Shown: piece after piece, positions 44,941 through 55,263 of the stretch
How positions within the stretch are numbered: position 1 is the stretch's first letter
Layout: the number at the start of each line of letters is the position of its first letter
IMG/VR virus record: IMGVR_UViG_3300032242_000723
Location: 248,001-312,000 of that record
Length of the DNA: 64,000 bases
Reading direction: 5' to 3' (one strand)
Made by a program: the position numbers and the translations under genes
Notes under the pieces: model-generated
The model's input: only the letters and a program-made list of their open reading frames with translations
Told to the model about the DNA's origin: nothing
The model's database searches: none

Positions 44941-46385
44941 AACAAGCAAAAATAATAATCAAAGATGAAGTCAATGTAAAGATTGAGGGACTAGAACTCA
45001 ATATCCGCAAAGCGTTGACGAAAAAGTTTGAGTTTGAGAAGCCCGGTGCAAGATATCAGCCAGCAGTACGATTAGGTAGATGGAACGGTAAGGTCAGTTA
45101 TTTCTCATTAGGTGGTAGCACCTATATGAATCTACTAGACAAGATCATCCCTGTACTGATCGACTATGACTACGACATTGAGTTACAAGACCTTCGTGAA
45201 CCTAGCGAAGAGTTACAGTTTGAACGGGTGACAGAAGATACCTTTTCTGATATCAAATGGCCAAAAGGACATGAGCGTGAAGGGCAACCTGTTGTCTTGC
45301 GTGACTATCAGATAGAGATCGTAAACAACTTCCTAGAGAACCCTCAATCGCTTCAGGAAGTCGCTACAGGGGCGGGCAAGACTCTTATGACTGCTGCACT
45401 GTCTAAGAGTATAGAGCATCTAGGACGCTCTATAGTGATCGTTCCTAACACATCGTTGGTCGTTCAAACAGAAGCAGACTACATCAACTTAGGGCTTGAC
45501 GTGGGCGTATATTTCGGTGCCCGTAAAGAGTATGGAAAAACACATACGATCTGTACCTGGCAATCACTGAATATCTTATTGAAGAACACCGAAGAGGATA
45601 GCGAAGTAGTACCCAGTTTCTTTGAGGATGTCGTATGTGTTATCGTAGACGAGGTACATATGGCTAAGGCTGATGTTCTCAAGACGATGCTAACTGGTGT
45701 GCTATCTAATGTCCCTATTCGTTGGGGACTAACAGGTACGATCCCTAAAGCAGAGATGGATAAGACATCTATATTAGTATCATTGGGACCTGTTATAGGT
45801 AAGCTCTCAGCAAGCGAACTACAAGACAGAGGGGTATTAGCAACCTGTCATGTGAATATCATACAGTTGAAGGATAAGGTAGAGTTTATCAACTATCAAA
45901 GTGAACTCAAGCACCTATTAGAAAATGAATCTCGTCTTGATAAGATCGCAGAACTGATCGCGAATATTAACTTAACAGGTAATACTCTAGTATTAGTTGA
46001 CCGAGTGAATGCAGGTAAAGAACTTGCTAGTAGATTACCTAATGCAGTTTTTGTAAACGGCGGAACCAAACTTACAGAGAGAAAAGAAGAATATGACGAA
46101 GTTGCTACCAGCAATGATAAGGTTATCCTTGCCACCTATGGTGTGGCTGCTGTTGGTATTAACATCCCCCGTATTTTTAATTTGGTTCTCATTGAGCCCG
46201 GGAAAAGCTTTGTTCGTGTCATTCAATCGATTGGTCGTGGTATTAGAAAGGCCGAAGATAAAGACCATGTTCAAATCTGGGATATTACAAGCTCCTGTAA
46301 GTTCGCAAAGAGGCACCTAACACAACGGAAAGCATTCTATAAAGACGCAAACTACCCATTTACAATAGAGAAATTGGATTACTAA
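44937..46385 (+). CDS. uvsW: SF2 DNA helicase (UvsW-like)
   Basis: LRDYQ, ATGAGKT, IVDEVH, GLTGT, AVGINIPR, QSIGRGIR. Confidence 0.92.
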   Translation: MKQAKIIIKDEVNVKIEGLELNIRKALTKKFEFEKPGARYQPAVRLGRWNGKVSYFSLGGSTYMNLLDKIIPVLIDYDYDIELQDLREPSEELQFERVTEDTFSDIKWPKGHEREGQPVVLRDYQIEIVNNFLENPQSLQEVATGAGKTLMTAALSKSIEHLGRSIVIVPNTSLVVQTEADYINLGLDVGVYFGARKEYGKTHTICTWQSLNILLKNTEEDSEVVPSFFEDVVCVIVDEVHMAKADVLKTMLTGVLSNVPIRWGLTGTIPKAEMDKTSILVSLGPVIGKLSASELQDRGVLATCHVNIIQLKDKVEFINYQSELKHLLENESRLDKIAELIANINLTGNTLVLVDRVNAGKELASRLPNAVFVNGGTKLTERKEEYDEVATSNDKVILATYGVAAVGINIPRIFNLVLIEPGKSFVRVIQSIGRGIRKAEDKDHVQIWDITSSCKFAKRHLTQRKAFYKDANYPFTIEKLDY

Positions 46386-46424
46386 TATGTTGACATCAAA
46401 TACTATCTGTGCTATATTAGCAAC

Positions 46425-46928
46425 ATGAGAATACTTACATTAGACGAAAACGAGGCATTCAACCTCGAATACTTGCCAGAAGAAATTGATGATCTAAGAT
46501 TTGCGGTACTAGATAACTCAACACCTACTAATGTAGACTATCTGTATATCCCGTTAATCTTCCTAGAATCATTCAATGCTCCTGCACTCGTGCTCAAGAT
46601 CGGCAACAAAACGATCAAGATGCCAGTTGATTGGCAGATACTAATCGGTGAACAAGAACATGGTGATTTAGAAACTCTTCAGTTGTCCAGCTTGAATGAC
46701 AGGGGATTCAATGCGTTTCAGTTCAATCCATTGACATCTAAGGCACCGACATTCTTACCCATTGAGATATTAGATATCTATCCAGATGTGACATGGTATG
46801 CACCTAAGTTGCGTAATGGACAGTTCTTATGTGTACCAATAGACGATGGTCCCGAACCGCGTTGCGTATACTTTGTTAAAGAGATCAGCAGGAACTGCGA
46901 GATCGTAGATTATGGACAGGCGTTTTGA
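46425..46928 (+). CDS. Conserved hypothetical phage protein
   Basis: ATG 6 nt after TTGACA(46390)-17 bp-TATATT. Confidence 0.7.
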   Translation: MRILTLDENEAFNLEYLPEEIDDLRFAVLDNSTPTNVDYLYIPLIFLESFNAPALVLKIGNKTIKMPVDWQILIGEQEHGDLETLQLSSLNDRGFNAFQFNPLTSKAPTFLPIEILDIYPDVTWYAPKLRNGQFLCVPIDDGPEPRCVYFVKEISRNCEIVDYGQAF

Positions 46929-46939
46929 GGGAAATAACA

Positions 46940-47068
46940 ATGGTAAACTTAGAAGCAGTAACAAAGTTCCAAAAGAAGCATAAACAGTCGGATATCATGG
47001 GAGTGATTAGAACGATGTATCCAGACTTAGAGATCACTCTAGCAAAAAACAAAGGAAAACACAAATGA
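46940..47068 (+). CDS. 42-aa basic peptide
   Basis: Read manually: MVNLEAVTKFQKKHKQSDIMGVIRTMYPDLEITLAKNKGKHK after GAGGG. Confidence 0.45.
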   Translation: MVNLEAVTKFQKKHKQSDIMGVIRTMYPDLEITLAKNKGKHK

Positions 47069-47382
47069 ACTTTATCGACAAATGGTTTAGGAAGATGATG
47101 CGGAAAGTAGAGCAGGAAGACTGCACTATTGATGCACCAGAGTCCCGCCCATCATATTCAGGACTGAGAAGTGGTCAGGTTATGAACTTCACGATATACA
47201 AGGCTAGTGGTGGATTTGTTATTCAGTATAACAACGAAGATAACGATCATAATAACCATAAATCTTACCACGCAGTACCCACACCTAACAATCATGAACC
47301 TAAGTTATTGATCGTGAATAACGGTGAAGATTTGGGCAAGGCTATTGATCAACTTATCTTAGTAGAGGCATTAAAGGCGTAA
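47065..47382 (+). CDS. Hypothetical protein
   Basis: AAGGAA RBS. Confidence 0.65.
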   Translation: MNFIDKWFRKMMRKVEQEDCTIDAPESRPSYSGLRSGQVMNFTIYKASGGFVIQYNNEDNDHNNHKSYHAVPTPNNHEPKLLIVNNGEDLGKAIDQLILVEALKA

Positions 47383-47969
47383 TGGCTAAAGAAAAGGTAC
47401 AAGCTGACGAGAAGTTTGAGAACCAAGACTTTGACTTGTTCCAAGCCCTCATTGCTATTGACAAGAAAGACTATGGTTACTACGATAGACTGACTGTTGA
47501 ACAGCAGAAGAAGTTTGTACCTTTCATGATGTTACATTGGGTCAGTGCAGTGAATGGTGGTAAAGATATTCAATCTTACTATCTTCAAAGCACTGATTAT
47601 CATGCGAACAAGTATCTGTTCAATGAGAATGTGCAAAAGCATCCCAAGTTACAGTGGCTAATGCTATGTTCAGCAAGTCCAGGTGTGGGGAAACAGTTCC
47701 ATCAGTGGATACCTCATATCAAGGACAAAGTGGCAAAACTACGAGAAAAGCCAAAGAATAAAGAGATCAAAGAATACTACAAGAAGATTTATCCTAGAGC
47801 GAGTGACAGTGACCTTACCCTATTGAGTGAGAGATATGTTGACCAACATCGCAAAAAGATGTATCTTGCTAATAAGTTTCCTACCCTGAAGTTTGATGAG
47901 ATTGAGACATTAAGTGGCATTATTACAGACCAAGACATTGAAGACTACGAACAAGACTGGGGCAACTGA
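47382..47969 (+). CDS. Replication-module protein (possibly clamp-loader small subunit-like)
   Basis: FDLFQALIAID...FVPFMM pattern and location; weak resemblance only. Confidence 0.4.
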   Translation: MAKEKVQADEKFENQDFDLFQALIAIDKKDYGYYDRLTVEQQKKFVPFMMLHWVSAVNGGKDIQSYYLQSTDYHANKYLFNENVQKHPKLQWLMLCSASPGVGKQFHQWIPHIKDKVAKLREKPKNKEIKEYYKKIYPRASDSDLTLLSERYVDQHRKKMYLANKFPTLKFDEIETLSGIITDQDIEDYEQDWGN

Positions 47970-48645
47970 ACCTAAGTTCGGTTGCGAGTTCTGTAATAGA
48001 TCGTTTCAGCGTGAGACATCTATTGCTACTCACCTCTGCGAAAACAAGCGTAGGTGGCAAGACAAAGACCAAGCAGGAAATCGTATTGGCTTCCAAGCTT
48101 GGTTAGAGTTCTACAAAAAGAACACCGCGACTAAGAAGGCTCGGACTTATCTTGACTTCACAAAGAGTGCATATTACCTAGCGTTTGTGAAGTTCGGTCA
48201 TTATTGTGTCAATGTAAATGTGTTGAATGTCAGCCGCTATGCTGATTGGCTACTCAAAAACTCAGTCAGTATTGACAACTGGTGCAGCGATACGACCTAC
48301 ACTAAGTTTATCATTGATCATCTCAAAACAGAAGATCCATTTGACGCGATTGCTCGTAGTATTGAGACAGCTATCACACATGCAAAGAATGAAGGTATAC
48401 AGAGTCACGATTACTTGCGTTATGGCAATCGTAATAAACTCTGTCATGTGATTACCACTGGTAAGATCAGTCCTTGGATGCTTTATCATAGCACGAGTGG
48501 TATTGAGATGATTGAAAGCCTGGACGAGATACATCAAAAGATGATCATAGATTATATCAATCCAGAACAATGGGCGATCAAGTTTGTGCGTAACGCAGAT
48601 ATCATTCCGCAGATCAAAGAACTATTATCCGCTGCAGGGTACTGA
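47914..48645 (+). CDS. C2H2-type Zn-finger protein
   Basis: CEFC..SF.....IATHLC. Confidence 0.65.
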   Translation: MALLQTKTLKTTNKTGATEPKFGCEFCNRSFQRETSIATHLCENKRRWQDKDQAGNRIGFQAWLEFYKKNTATKKARTYLDFTKSAYYLAFVKFGHYCVNVNVLNVSRYADWLLKNSVSIDNWCSDTTYTKFIIDHLKTEDPFDAIARSIETAITHAKNEGIQSHDYLRYGNRNKLCHVITTGKISPWMLYHSTSGIEMIESLDEIHQKMIIDYINPEQWAIKFVRNADIIPQIKELLSAAGY

Positions 48646-48926
48646 TGGATTTCCCTCATCCTATATCCCATATGCCACCCAAAAAAGCCTGGTATGATTG
48701 TAAGCCTGGGTGGCATGAGGTCATTATACCTACTCCTTGGGATACAGAAAACAATGAACCAGGATGTTATAAAGTCATCCGATGGCTGTACGAGAATATA
48801 GCACAATGCGAAAGACATTGTATATGGGCTGGTAGTTTCTATCTATTTCAGGACCCCAGATCGGTTACCAGCATTAAGTGTAGATATGAAAGAGATTACT
48901 TATGGCTAAAGCTAACATGGGGATGA
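48645..48926 (+). CDS. Small protein of the dispersed family
   Basis: IRWLYENI ... YLWLKLTWG. Confidence 0.6.
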   Translation: MDFPHPISHMPPKKAWYDCKPGWHEVIIPTPWDTENNEPGCYKVIRWLYENIAQCERHCIWAGSFYLFQDPRSVTSIKCRYERDYLWLKLTWG

Positions 48927-49195
48927 CATCTTCTCCTACCATTGTATATGAAGAAATAGACAACACACCAAAGTTAAACATCGTTACTAAACAACTTTGG
49001 GTCGACGGTCAAGGTTGGGTTCCTACAAAGTTTTACAACATTCCTAACTTAGGTAGGATATCAAACATATCCCCACTTGAGCGATGGTGCATAGACAACT
49101 TAGGCGAACCTAATTATCTAGGCAGATGGTTTAAAGGGTCTCAAACGATCATTCTTGATGATAAATCCTACATGCTTTGGTTGCTGATGAAATGA
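48923..49195 (+). CDS. Small protein of the dispersed family
   Basis: ATGA overlap at 48923; ERWCIDNL ... YMLWLLMK. Confidence 0.6.
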   Translation: MTSSPTIVYEEIDNTPKLNIVTKQLWVDGQGWVPTKFYNIPNLGRISNISPLERWCIDNLGEPNYLGRWFKGSQTIILDDKSYMLWLLMK

Positions 49196-49283
49196 AATAT
49201 TTACCCATGATACACTTTTTGCACTTGCTTAATATCCTAAGCAGTGCTACTATACAAAATAGACAACATATGGAAAAGAATTA

Positions 49284-49835
49284 ATGGCACATGCAATCAT
49301 GATTGATATGGAAACGCTTGACACTGCTACGTCAACAGTTATCCTTACCATCGGCGCGGTATTGTTTGATCCAATGGGATCCGGTATTATCGAACAAATC
49401 GAACTTCGTCCTACTATGGATGAACAAACAGACGTATACAATCGTACAATCAGTGAAGACACTCTGCGTTGGTGGAGCGAACAAAGCCCTGACGCTATCA
49501 ACGAAGCAATGGGTGATCATGATCGTATCCCATATAAGGAATGTATGGAGAAACTTGCTAAGTTCTGCTGGAACAGAAAGGCTGTTTGGTCTAACGGTTC
49601 CGTCTTTGACATCATGATTGCAGAGTCGTCCTTCGCTGAACTTGACATCAAGACTCCTTGGCAGTTCTGGTCTATCCGCGATTGTCGTACTATATATGAA
49701 CTTGCAAATGTCAGCCTCAAAGACGGTGGACACGTGACCTCACACAAGGCAGTAGAAGATGCGGCTCATCAGGCTGCATGTGTTCAACGAGCATACAAGA
49801 AACTGTATGACGCAGGGTTTACGCACCTCAAATGA
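49284..49835 (+). CDS. DEDD 3'-5' exonuclease (RNase AS/DexA-like)
   Basis: MIDMETL, VWSNG..FD, RDCRT, HKAVEDA..QA. Confidence 0.85.
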   Translation: MAHAIMIDMETLDTATSTVILTIGAVLFDPMGSGIIEQIELRPTMDEQTDVYNRTISEDTLRWWSEQSPDAINEAMGDHDRIPYKECMEKLAKFCWNRKAVWSNGSVFDIMIAESSFAELDIKTPWQFWSIRDCRTIYELANVSLKDGGHVTSHKAVEDAAHQAACVQRAYKKLYDAGFTHLK

Positions 49836-50035
49836 CTAAGATTTATGAGTTTCCTCCTCAGCAACGGAAAACTGTTGAAACTTGGCTTACTGAGAACGTA
49901 AGCATAGAGGGGACTCGGTGGTGGACACATGGATTGAACGTGACTACTGAAGGACCATTGGTATATAAAGTTCACATTGATCTTACTGAAGAAGAAGAAT
50001 CTAAACTTACTTGGTTTATATTGGCAAATAAATGA
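49832..50035 (+). CDS. Small protein of the dispersed family
   Basis: ETWLTENV ... LTWFILANK. Confidence 0.55.
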   Translation: MTKIYEFPPQQRKTVETWLTENVSIEGTRWWTHGLNVTTEGPLVYKVHIDLTEEEESKLTWFILANK

Positions 50036-50613
50036 ACTTAGATGCAGATGTTGACATTGACGTAGGTGATCGGGATAAGGTTCTTAATCTTATCAAGCAT
50101 ATCCCTGCATCTATGCGTAACGTCACTCCTATCAGGAAGCATTCGTCTGGGGTTTATGTCACTGATATTCCCTATGATCCTGTTTATGATATGGCTACGA
50201 TTGATTATGCTGAAGCAGAACAACGCGGCTATTTCAAACTTGACTTGCTTAATGTTCATGTCTATAACTTGATCAAAGATGAAGAACATTTATTACGTAT
50301 GATGCAGGAACCAGATTGGTCTATGTTGAAAAAGCGTAGCATTGTTCTAGAGTTGATTCACCTCGGCAATCAGGCTGATTCTGTTAGTAGAATGCCAGAA
50401 CCAATCGACTCCATCCCTAGACTAGCAATGTTCCTAGCAGCGATCAGACCTGCAAAGAGACATCTGTTAGGTAAGTCTTGGAAAGAGATCAACGAAACTG
50501 TGTGGGATAAAGATCAAACTGGATACAGTTTCAAAAAGAGCCATGCTCTTGCCTATGCACAACTGGTAGTCGTCCACATGAACTTACTAAAAGAACAGGA
50601 AAACAAAGCATGA
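50032..50613 (+). CDS. DnaE (Pol III alpha, C-family) palm/fingers fragment
   Basis: DADVDID (cf. PDxDxD), KHSSGV (cf. HAxG), FKLDLL (cf. KxDxL), AAIRPA, YSFKKSHALAY (cf. FNKSH..AY). Confidence 0.8.
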   Translation: MNLDADVDIDVGDRDKVLNLIKHIPASMRNVTPIRKHSSGVYVTDIPYDPVYDMATIDYAEAEQRGYFKLDLLNVHVYNLIKDEEHLLRMMQEPDWSMLKKRSIVLELIHLGNQADSVSRMPEPIDSIPRLAMFLAAIRPAKRHLLGKSWKEINETVWDKDQTGYSFKKSHALAYAQLVVVHMNLLKEQENKA

Positions 50614-50825
50614 ATTGGATCAAGTGGCTCGGTACAACTGGGGTGATTGTAGCAACTATTCTTCGTGCATTAGGCTATCACGTTGAAGATATGGTGATCG
50701 GATTTCTAGGCACTGTGTTGTGGACATATGCAGCGTATAAAGATAAGGATATGGCACTGTTAACTTGTAACGTGTTTATCATAGCAGTATTGTCATATGG
50801 CATTTTAAAGGGATTTGGACACTAA
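50610..50825 (+). CDS. Three-TM small membrane protein
   Basis: Three hydrophobic helices in 71 aa. Confidence 0.65.
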   Translation: MNWIKWLGTTGVIVATILRALGYHVEDMVIGFLGTVLWTYAAYKDKDMALLTCNVFIIAVLSYGILKGFGH

Positions 50826-51349
50826 TGATTGGAAAAACAATGGAACTTAAACTACTCAAAGAAAACGATCCTAAACTACTTCAACCATCTACACCTTGGG
50901 ACTTTGATGTTGACGGTGATCCAACCGAACTCGTTAAGGAAATGGTGCGAGTACTAACTGAGAACGGCGGCGTTGGTCTTGCTGCGCCGCAATGCGGAAT
51001 CAATAAGACGATCTTTATCATGGGCAACTTCACGAAGATGGTAGTCTGTATCAATCCAAAGATCGTTTCTCTATCAGAGGGACGCACTACTGACACAGAA
51101 GGATGCTTGAGTTTCCCCGAACTTTGGCTAAAGGTTTCAAGAGCCGATAGTTGCTTTGTCAGTTATCAAAACACATCAGGTGAGTTGGTTGAAGATGAAC
51201 TTACAGGAATGATGGCTCGTGTTTATCTGCATGAGTTTGATCATCTATTGGGGATCACGTTTGATCAACGAGTTGGTGAAATGAAGTTGAAGATGGCTAA
51301 GGAAACAAGAGTTAAAGACTTGAAGAAGAAGTCTAGGGCATCCGCTTAA
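50825..51349 (+). CDS. def: Peptide deformylase
   Basis: GVGLAAPQ, EGCLS, HEFDHLLG; basic C-terminal helix. Confidence 0.96.
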   Translation: MIGKTMELKLLKENDPKLLQPSTPWDFDVDGDPTELVKEMVRVLTENGGVGLAAPQCGINKTIFIMGNFTKMVVCINPKIVSLSEGRTTDTEGCLSFPELWLKVSRADSCFVSYQNTSGELVEDELTGMMARVYLHEFDHLLGITFDQRVGEMKLKMAKETRVKDLKKKSRASA

Positions 51350-51713
51350 CAAGCGTAATACTCCTACGCTTAGCACGTTTCTTAGCAAAGTCTGTCATAC
51401 TAACAACAGGACCGTGTAAAATCTCTAGGCTCTTATTGTTGAATGTTCTAATATAGGGCTTGAAGATGGACCAATCATCTTTCAGGAAAAGGTTAATGGG
51501 AATCGTTCTATTTGATTCCCACCACCATATGTCTCCTAGTTCTAAAAACTTAGCCTTAAGATCGGCTGTTAATATTGACCCGTAATCGTACATGGTTGTT
51601 ACCATGTCGTCGCGATTCTGGATGATACCTACAAAGTCTTGTGAGGCATAGGAACAGACCGTGATAAACGGGTGATTATTACTCAGTTTGATGAAAAAAT
51701 CGTTTGCGTCCAT
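51333..51713 (-). CDS. Hypothetical protein (tail-to-tail overlap with def)
   Basis: 126-aa ORF with upstream TAAATA; fills an otherwise empty interval. Confidence 0.7.
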   Translation of the reverse strand: MDANDFFIKLSNNHPFITVCSYASQDFVGIIQNRDDMVTTMYDYGSILTADLKAKFLELGDIWWWESNRTIPINLFLKDDWSIFKPYIRTFNNKSLEILHGPVVSMTDFAKKRAKRRSITLVKRMP

Positions 51714-51797
51714 GATGTAACTGTATTTACACTAGGTTGCCCAAACTTAATATTTTAATATTATAAAGACTAAATACTATATCAAGGAGCAACATCA

Positions 51798-52559
51798 GTG
51801 TATTCCACTTCAGTTTATGTATATACACAACGACAAATAGTTGTTACCCTGTCAGGAAACTCACCGAGGAAGTATATGCCACAGTATGCAAAAACACTTA
51901 CACTGCACAAAGGTGTAGACAACCAGTTGCAGTTCCAGTTCTTGAATCAACAGCAAAAACCAGTTGACATCACGGGTAAGGAAATCACTTGTAGAATCAT
52001 CAACTATAACGGTGGTGCAATACTGTTGACTAAGGCACTAAATCTTCAGTTTGCATTAACTGGCATCGCGACTCTTGATTTGAATGCCGCTGATATCGAG
52101 AACATTTCTCCGCAACTATGCTACTATACACTTGAGATTCCAGTAGGGGCATTCAACTATCCTGTATTCGTTGATCAAAATGCAGGTGGGCGCGGCGATC
52201 TAAATATCATCAACTCTATTCTACCAGCATTTGTTCCATCGTCAAATGTAACGATTCCAACTGGACAAACTTTCCCTAATCTGGCACCCAATGTAACGAC
52301 CCCTCTTGTATACCATACTAGCGTAATCAATACTGAAGACAATCCTGTACTGACTATTCAGGCTAGATATGAAGAGTTCAATGGTAATGTAGTTATCGAA
52401 GGTTCCTGCCAACCAGATACTGATTGGTATCCTATTGAACTACATACTTACGATTCCATTACAGATACTTTGGGTTATGTAGTCAGAGGCTTTCATCCGT
52501 TCATTAGAATGGAATTCACCAGTAATGCAGGCGCGGTTACTAACATAATCTCCCGTTAA
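51798..52559 (+). CDS. Virion structural protein (BppU-N-like beta domain)
   Basis: LTLHKGVDNQLQFQFLN...KPVDITG motif; late promoter and AAGGAG RBS; GTG start. Confidence 0.55.
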   Translation: MYSTSVYVYTQRQIVVTLSGNSPRKYMPQYAKTLTLHKGVDNQLQFQFLNQQQKPVDITGKEITCRIINYNGGAILLTKALNLQFALTGIATLDLNAADIENISPQLCYYTLEIPVGAFNYPVFVDQNAGGRGDLNIINSILPAFVPSSNVTIPTGQTFPNLAPNVTTPLVYHTSVINTEDNPVLTIQARYEEFNGNVVIEGSCQPDTDWYPIELHTYDSITDTLGYVVRGFHPFIRMEFTSNAGAVTNIISR

Positions 52560-52606
52560 GTTACCAGAATACTTGATTAAACAACAGGATATGCTATACT
52601 GATATC

Positions 52607-53581
52607 ATGTTTGATATCCTAAATGTAATAACAGGAAAGAAAAAGCGTACACAAGGCGGCTGGTATAGCTTCAACGCACCTTGTTGTCATAATCGCGGAC
52701 ATAAAGTTGACAAGAGAATGCGTGGCGGTATCAAGCATGACGGTGACAACAACTGGTCGTACAACTGTTTCAACTGTAACTTCAAGTGCGGATTTGTATT
52801 AGGCAAGCAACTTAGTGCGAACACTAAGCAGTTGCTACGCTGGATGGGCGTAGAAGACAGTCAGATCACTAAGTGGAACCTAGAAAGTCTACAGCAAAAA
52901 GATTTGATTGAATATGTGACATCTAAGAAACAACGATCACATATTAGATTTGAAGAAGTTACATTACCTGATGCTGAAATGCTTGACAGTAACAATATAA
53001 AGCACAAATACTTTACTGACTATGTGAATAGCAGAGGATTTAAGACAACTGATTATCCTTTCATGGTCACTCCTGATGATGAGGGGCGAAACGCAAATCG
53101 TATTATCATTCCCTATACATATAAGAACAAGATCGTAGGACACACAAGTCGTTATCTTGACAATCGTATCCCCAAGTTCATCAAAGAACAACAGCCAGGA
53201 TATGTGTTTGGTTATGATTTTCAGAAGCCAAACTGGGAAGTATGTATCGTAGTCGAAGGCATATTTGATGCACTATCGTTAGATGCTATTGCACTGACAC
53301 ACGATACGATCAGCGACGAACAGGCTATCTTGATACGCTCACTCAATAGACGAGTCATCGTTGTTCCTGATATGGATAAGACAGGCTTAACGATATGCGA
53401 ACGAGCATTAGAGTTGGGCTTTCAAGTATCGATCCCAGATTGGGGACCTGATGTAAAGGATGTCAACGATGCTGTAGTTAAATATGGCAAGTTGGCGACA
53501 TTACTAAGTATACTACAAAACGCAACGAACAGTAAGATTAAGATAGAGATGAATAGGAAACGCATTGCTAAAAGAGTATAA
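52607..53581 (+). CDS. DNA primase (DnaG/gp61-like)
   Basis: Zn motif PCCH...CFNC; TOPRIM VVEGIFDA, VPDMD, KDVND. Confidence 0.9.
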   Translation: MFDILNVITGKKKRTQGGWYSFNAPCCHNRGHKVDKRMRGGIKHDGDNNWSYNCFNCNFKCGFVLGKQLSANTKQLLRWMGVEDSQITKWNLESLQQKDLIEYVTSKKQRSHIRFEEVTLPDAEMLDSNNIKHKYFTDYVNSRGFKTTDYPFMVTPDDEGRNANRIIIPYTYKNKIVGHTSRYLDNRIPKFIKEQQPGYVFGYDFQKPNWEVCIVVEGIFDALSLDAIALTHDTISDEQAILIRSLNRRVIVVPDMDKTGLTICERALELGFQVSIPDWGPDVKDVNDAVVKYGKLATLLSILQNATNSKIKIEMNRKRIAKRV

Positions 53582-54971
53582 TACAGACGTTCAAACATTA
53601 TTCTTGAGAATGATGGTAACTAATGCCGAGTTGTATACTCGCGTCATGAATATCATGAATGCTGAGAACTTTGATCGTAAGTTACGTCCAGTTGCGGAGT
53701 TCATGGTTGAGCACTCTACGAAGTATAGCATCATGCCTGATCCATTGCAGATCAAGGCAACAACTGGTGAAGATATTGAACCTATCCCTGAACTCACTGA
53801 GGGTCACTTTGATTGGTTCTTAGAAGAGTTTGAATCATTCACAAAGCGTCAAGAACTTGAAAGAGCGATCCTCAAAGCAGCAGACATGCTTGAGAAAGGT
53901 GAGTTTGACCCTGTTGAAAAACTGATCAAGGACGCGGTTCAGATCAGTCTACAGCGTGACATGGGTACAGATTACTTTGCGAATCCTACAAATCGTATCA
54001 ACAAGTATTTCAACGCAGGTGGACAGGTCAGCACTGGCTGGCCTCAGATGGATCGTCTATTGTATGGCGGATTTAGTCGCGGCGAGTTGAACATCTTTGC
54101 TGGTGGTTCTGGCTCTGGTAAGTCTCTTGTCATGATGAACATCGCACTCAACTGGTTACAACAAGGCATGAGCGGTGTCTATATCAGTCTTGAACTCTCA
54201 GAAGAGTTAACCTCATTGCGAACAGATGCGATGTTGACTAGCATGAGCACGAGAGACATTCGTAAGGACATTGAAACGACTGGATTAAAGGTCGTGATGA
54301 TGGGTAAGAAGTCTGGTAAGTATCGTGTTAAGGGCTTACCGGCACAAAGCACAGTGAACGACATTCGCAGCTATCTCAAAGAAGTTCAGATCCAAACTGG
54401 AATCAAAGTGGACTTCGTGATGATTGACTATCTTGATCTGGTGATGCCTGTATCAGTCAAGGTCAATCCTAACGATCAGTTTATCAAGGACAAGTATGTG
54501 TCTGAAGAACTACGTAACCTGGCAAAGGAACTTGGTGTTCTAATGGTAACTGCATCTCAGCTAAATCGTTCGGCTGTTGAAGAGATTGAGTTTGATCACA
54601 GTCACATTGCAGGTGGTATTTCAAAGATCAATACTGCTGACAATGTATTCGGTATCTTTACTTCACGATCAATGCGTGAGCGTGGCAAGTATCAGATTCA
54701 GTGTATGAAGTCTCGTTCATCTACTGGTGTTGGACAAAAGATTGACCTAGAGTATAATATTGAGACGATGCGTATTACAGATGAAGATCCAGAAGGTGAT
54801 AGTAAACCACAACCTAGTGCAAGTCAGATCATGAGTCAGATCAAGAATACTAGTACTGTGGGTACAATAAACGATGCTGTTCACAACACTATGGGAACAG
54901 ATGAAAAAAGAGTTGTTCCAGATGTACAGAGTGCAAAATTAAAGGCAATGCTTAACTCACTAAAGAAATAG
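53565..54971 (+). CDS. Replicative helicase (DnaB/gp41-like)
   Basis: AGGSGSGKS, SLELSEE, IDYLDL, ASQLNR, KSRSS; TTG start. Confidence 0.93.
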   Translation: MLKEYNTDVQTLFLRMMVTNAELYTRVMNIMNAENFDRKLRPVAEFMVEHSTKYSIMPDPLQIKATTGEDIEPIPELTEGHFDWFLEEFESFTKRQELERAILKAADMLEKGEFDPVEKLIKDAVQISLQRDMGTDYFANPTNRINKYFNAGGQVSTGWPQMDRLLYGGFSRGELNIFAGGSGSGKSLVMMNIALNWLQQGMSGVYISLELSEELTSLRTDAMLTSMSTRDIRKDIETTGLKVVMMGKKSGKYRVKGLPAQSTVNDIRSYLKEVQIQTGIKVDFVMIDYLDLVMPVSVKVNPNDQFIKDKYVSEELRNLAKELGVLMVTASQLNRSAVEEIEFDHSHIAGGISKINTADNVFGIFTSRSMRERGKYQIQCMKSRSSTGVGQKIDLEYNIETMRITDEDPEGDSKPQPSASQIMSQIKNTSTVGTINDAVHNTMGTDEKRVVPDVQSAKLKAMLNSLKK

Positions 54972-55017
54972 TTTTGACTTTTATGAATAAATACAATCAG
55001 TAGGATCTTTACACTCT

Positions 55018-55263
55018 ATGCAAAAGAAAACAAAAAGTCTCCTTGAGGAGTTGCAGTCGTACGGTGAGAATCGTGACATTAATCATGTCATTGAATCGCG
55101 GGCGTCCAACATCATCACAAGTGCTATCAACCTGATAGAACTGATGCAACGTAACTATTCTCCTGAGAAGGCTGAACTTCTAGAGAAGAAGTTGCTTAGT
55201 GCAATCAAAGGCAAAGATCAAGCAAGATTTTCTAAAAGTTTGAGGAAGAAAAATGAAGATTAA
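55018..55263 (+). CDS. Hypothetical late protein
   Basis: Follows AATAAATA. Confidence 0.65.
   Translation: MQKKTKSLLEELQSYGENRDINHVIESRASNIITSAINLIELMQRNYSPEKAELLEKKLLSAIKGKDQARFSKSLRKKNED

Noticed and set aside
31944-54971. Inteins or introns in terminase, UvsX, UvsW or helicase
   Set aside because: All have ordinary lengths with contiguous motifs and no splice-junction signatures.
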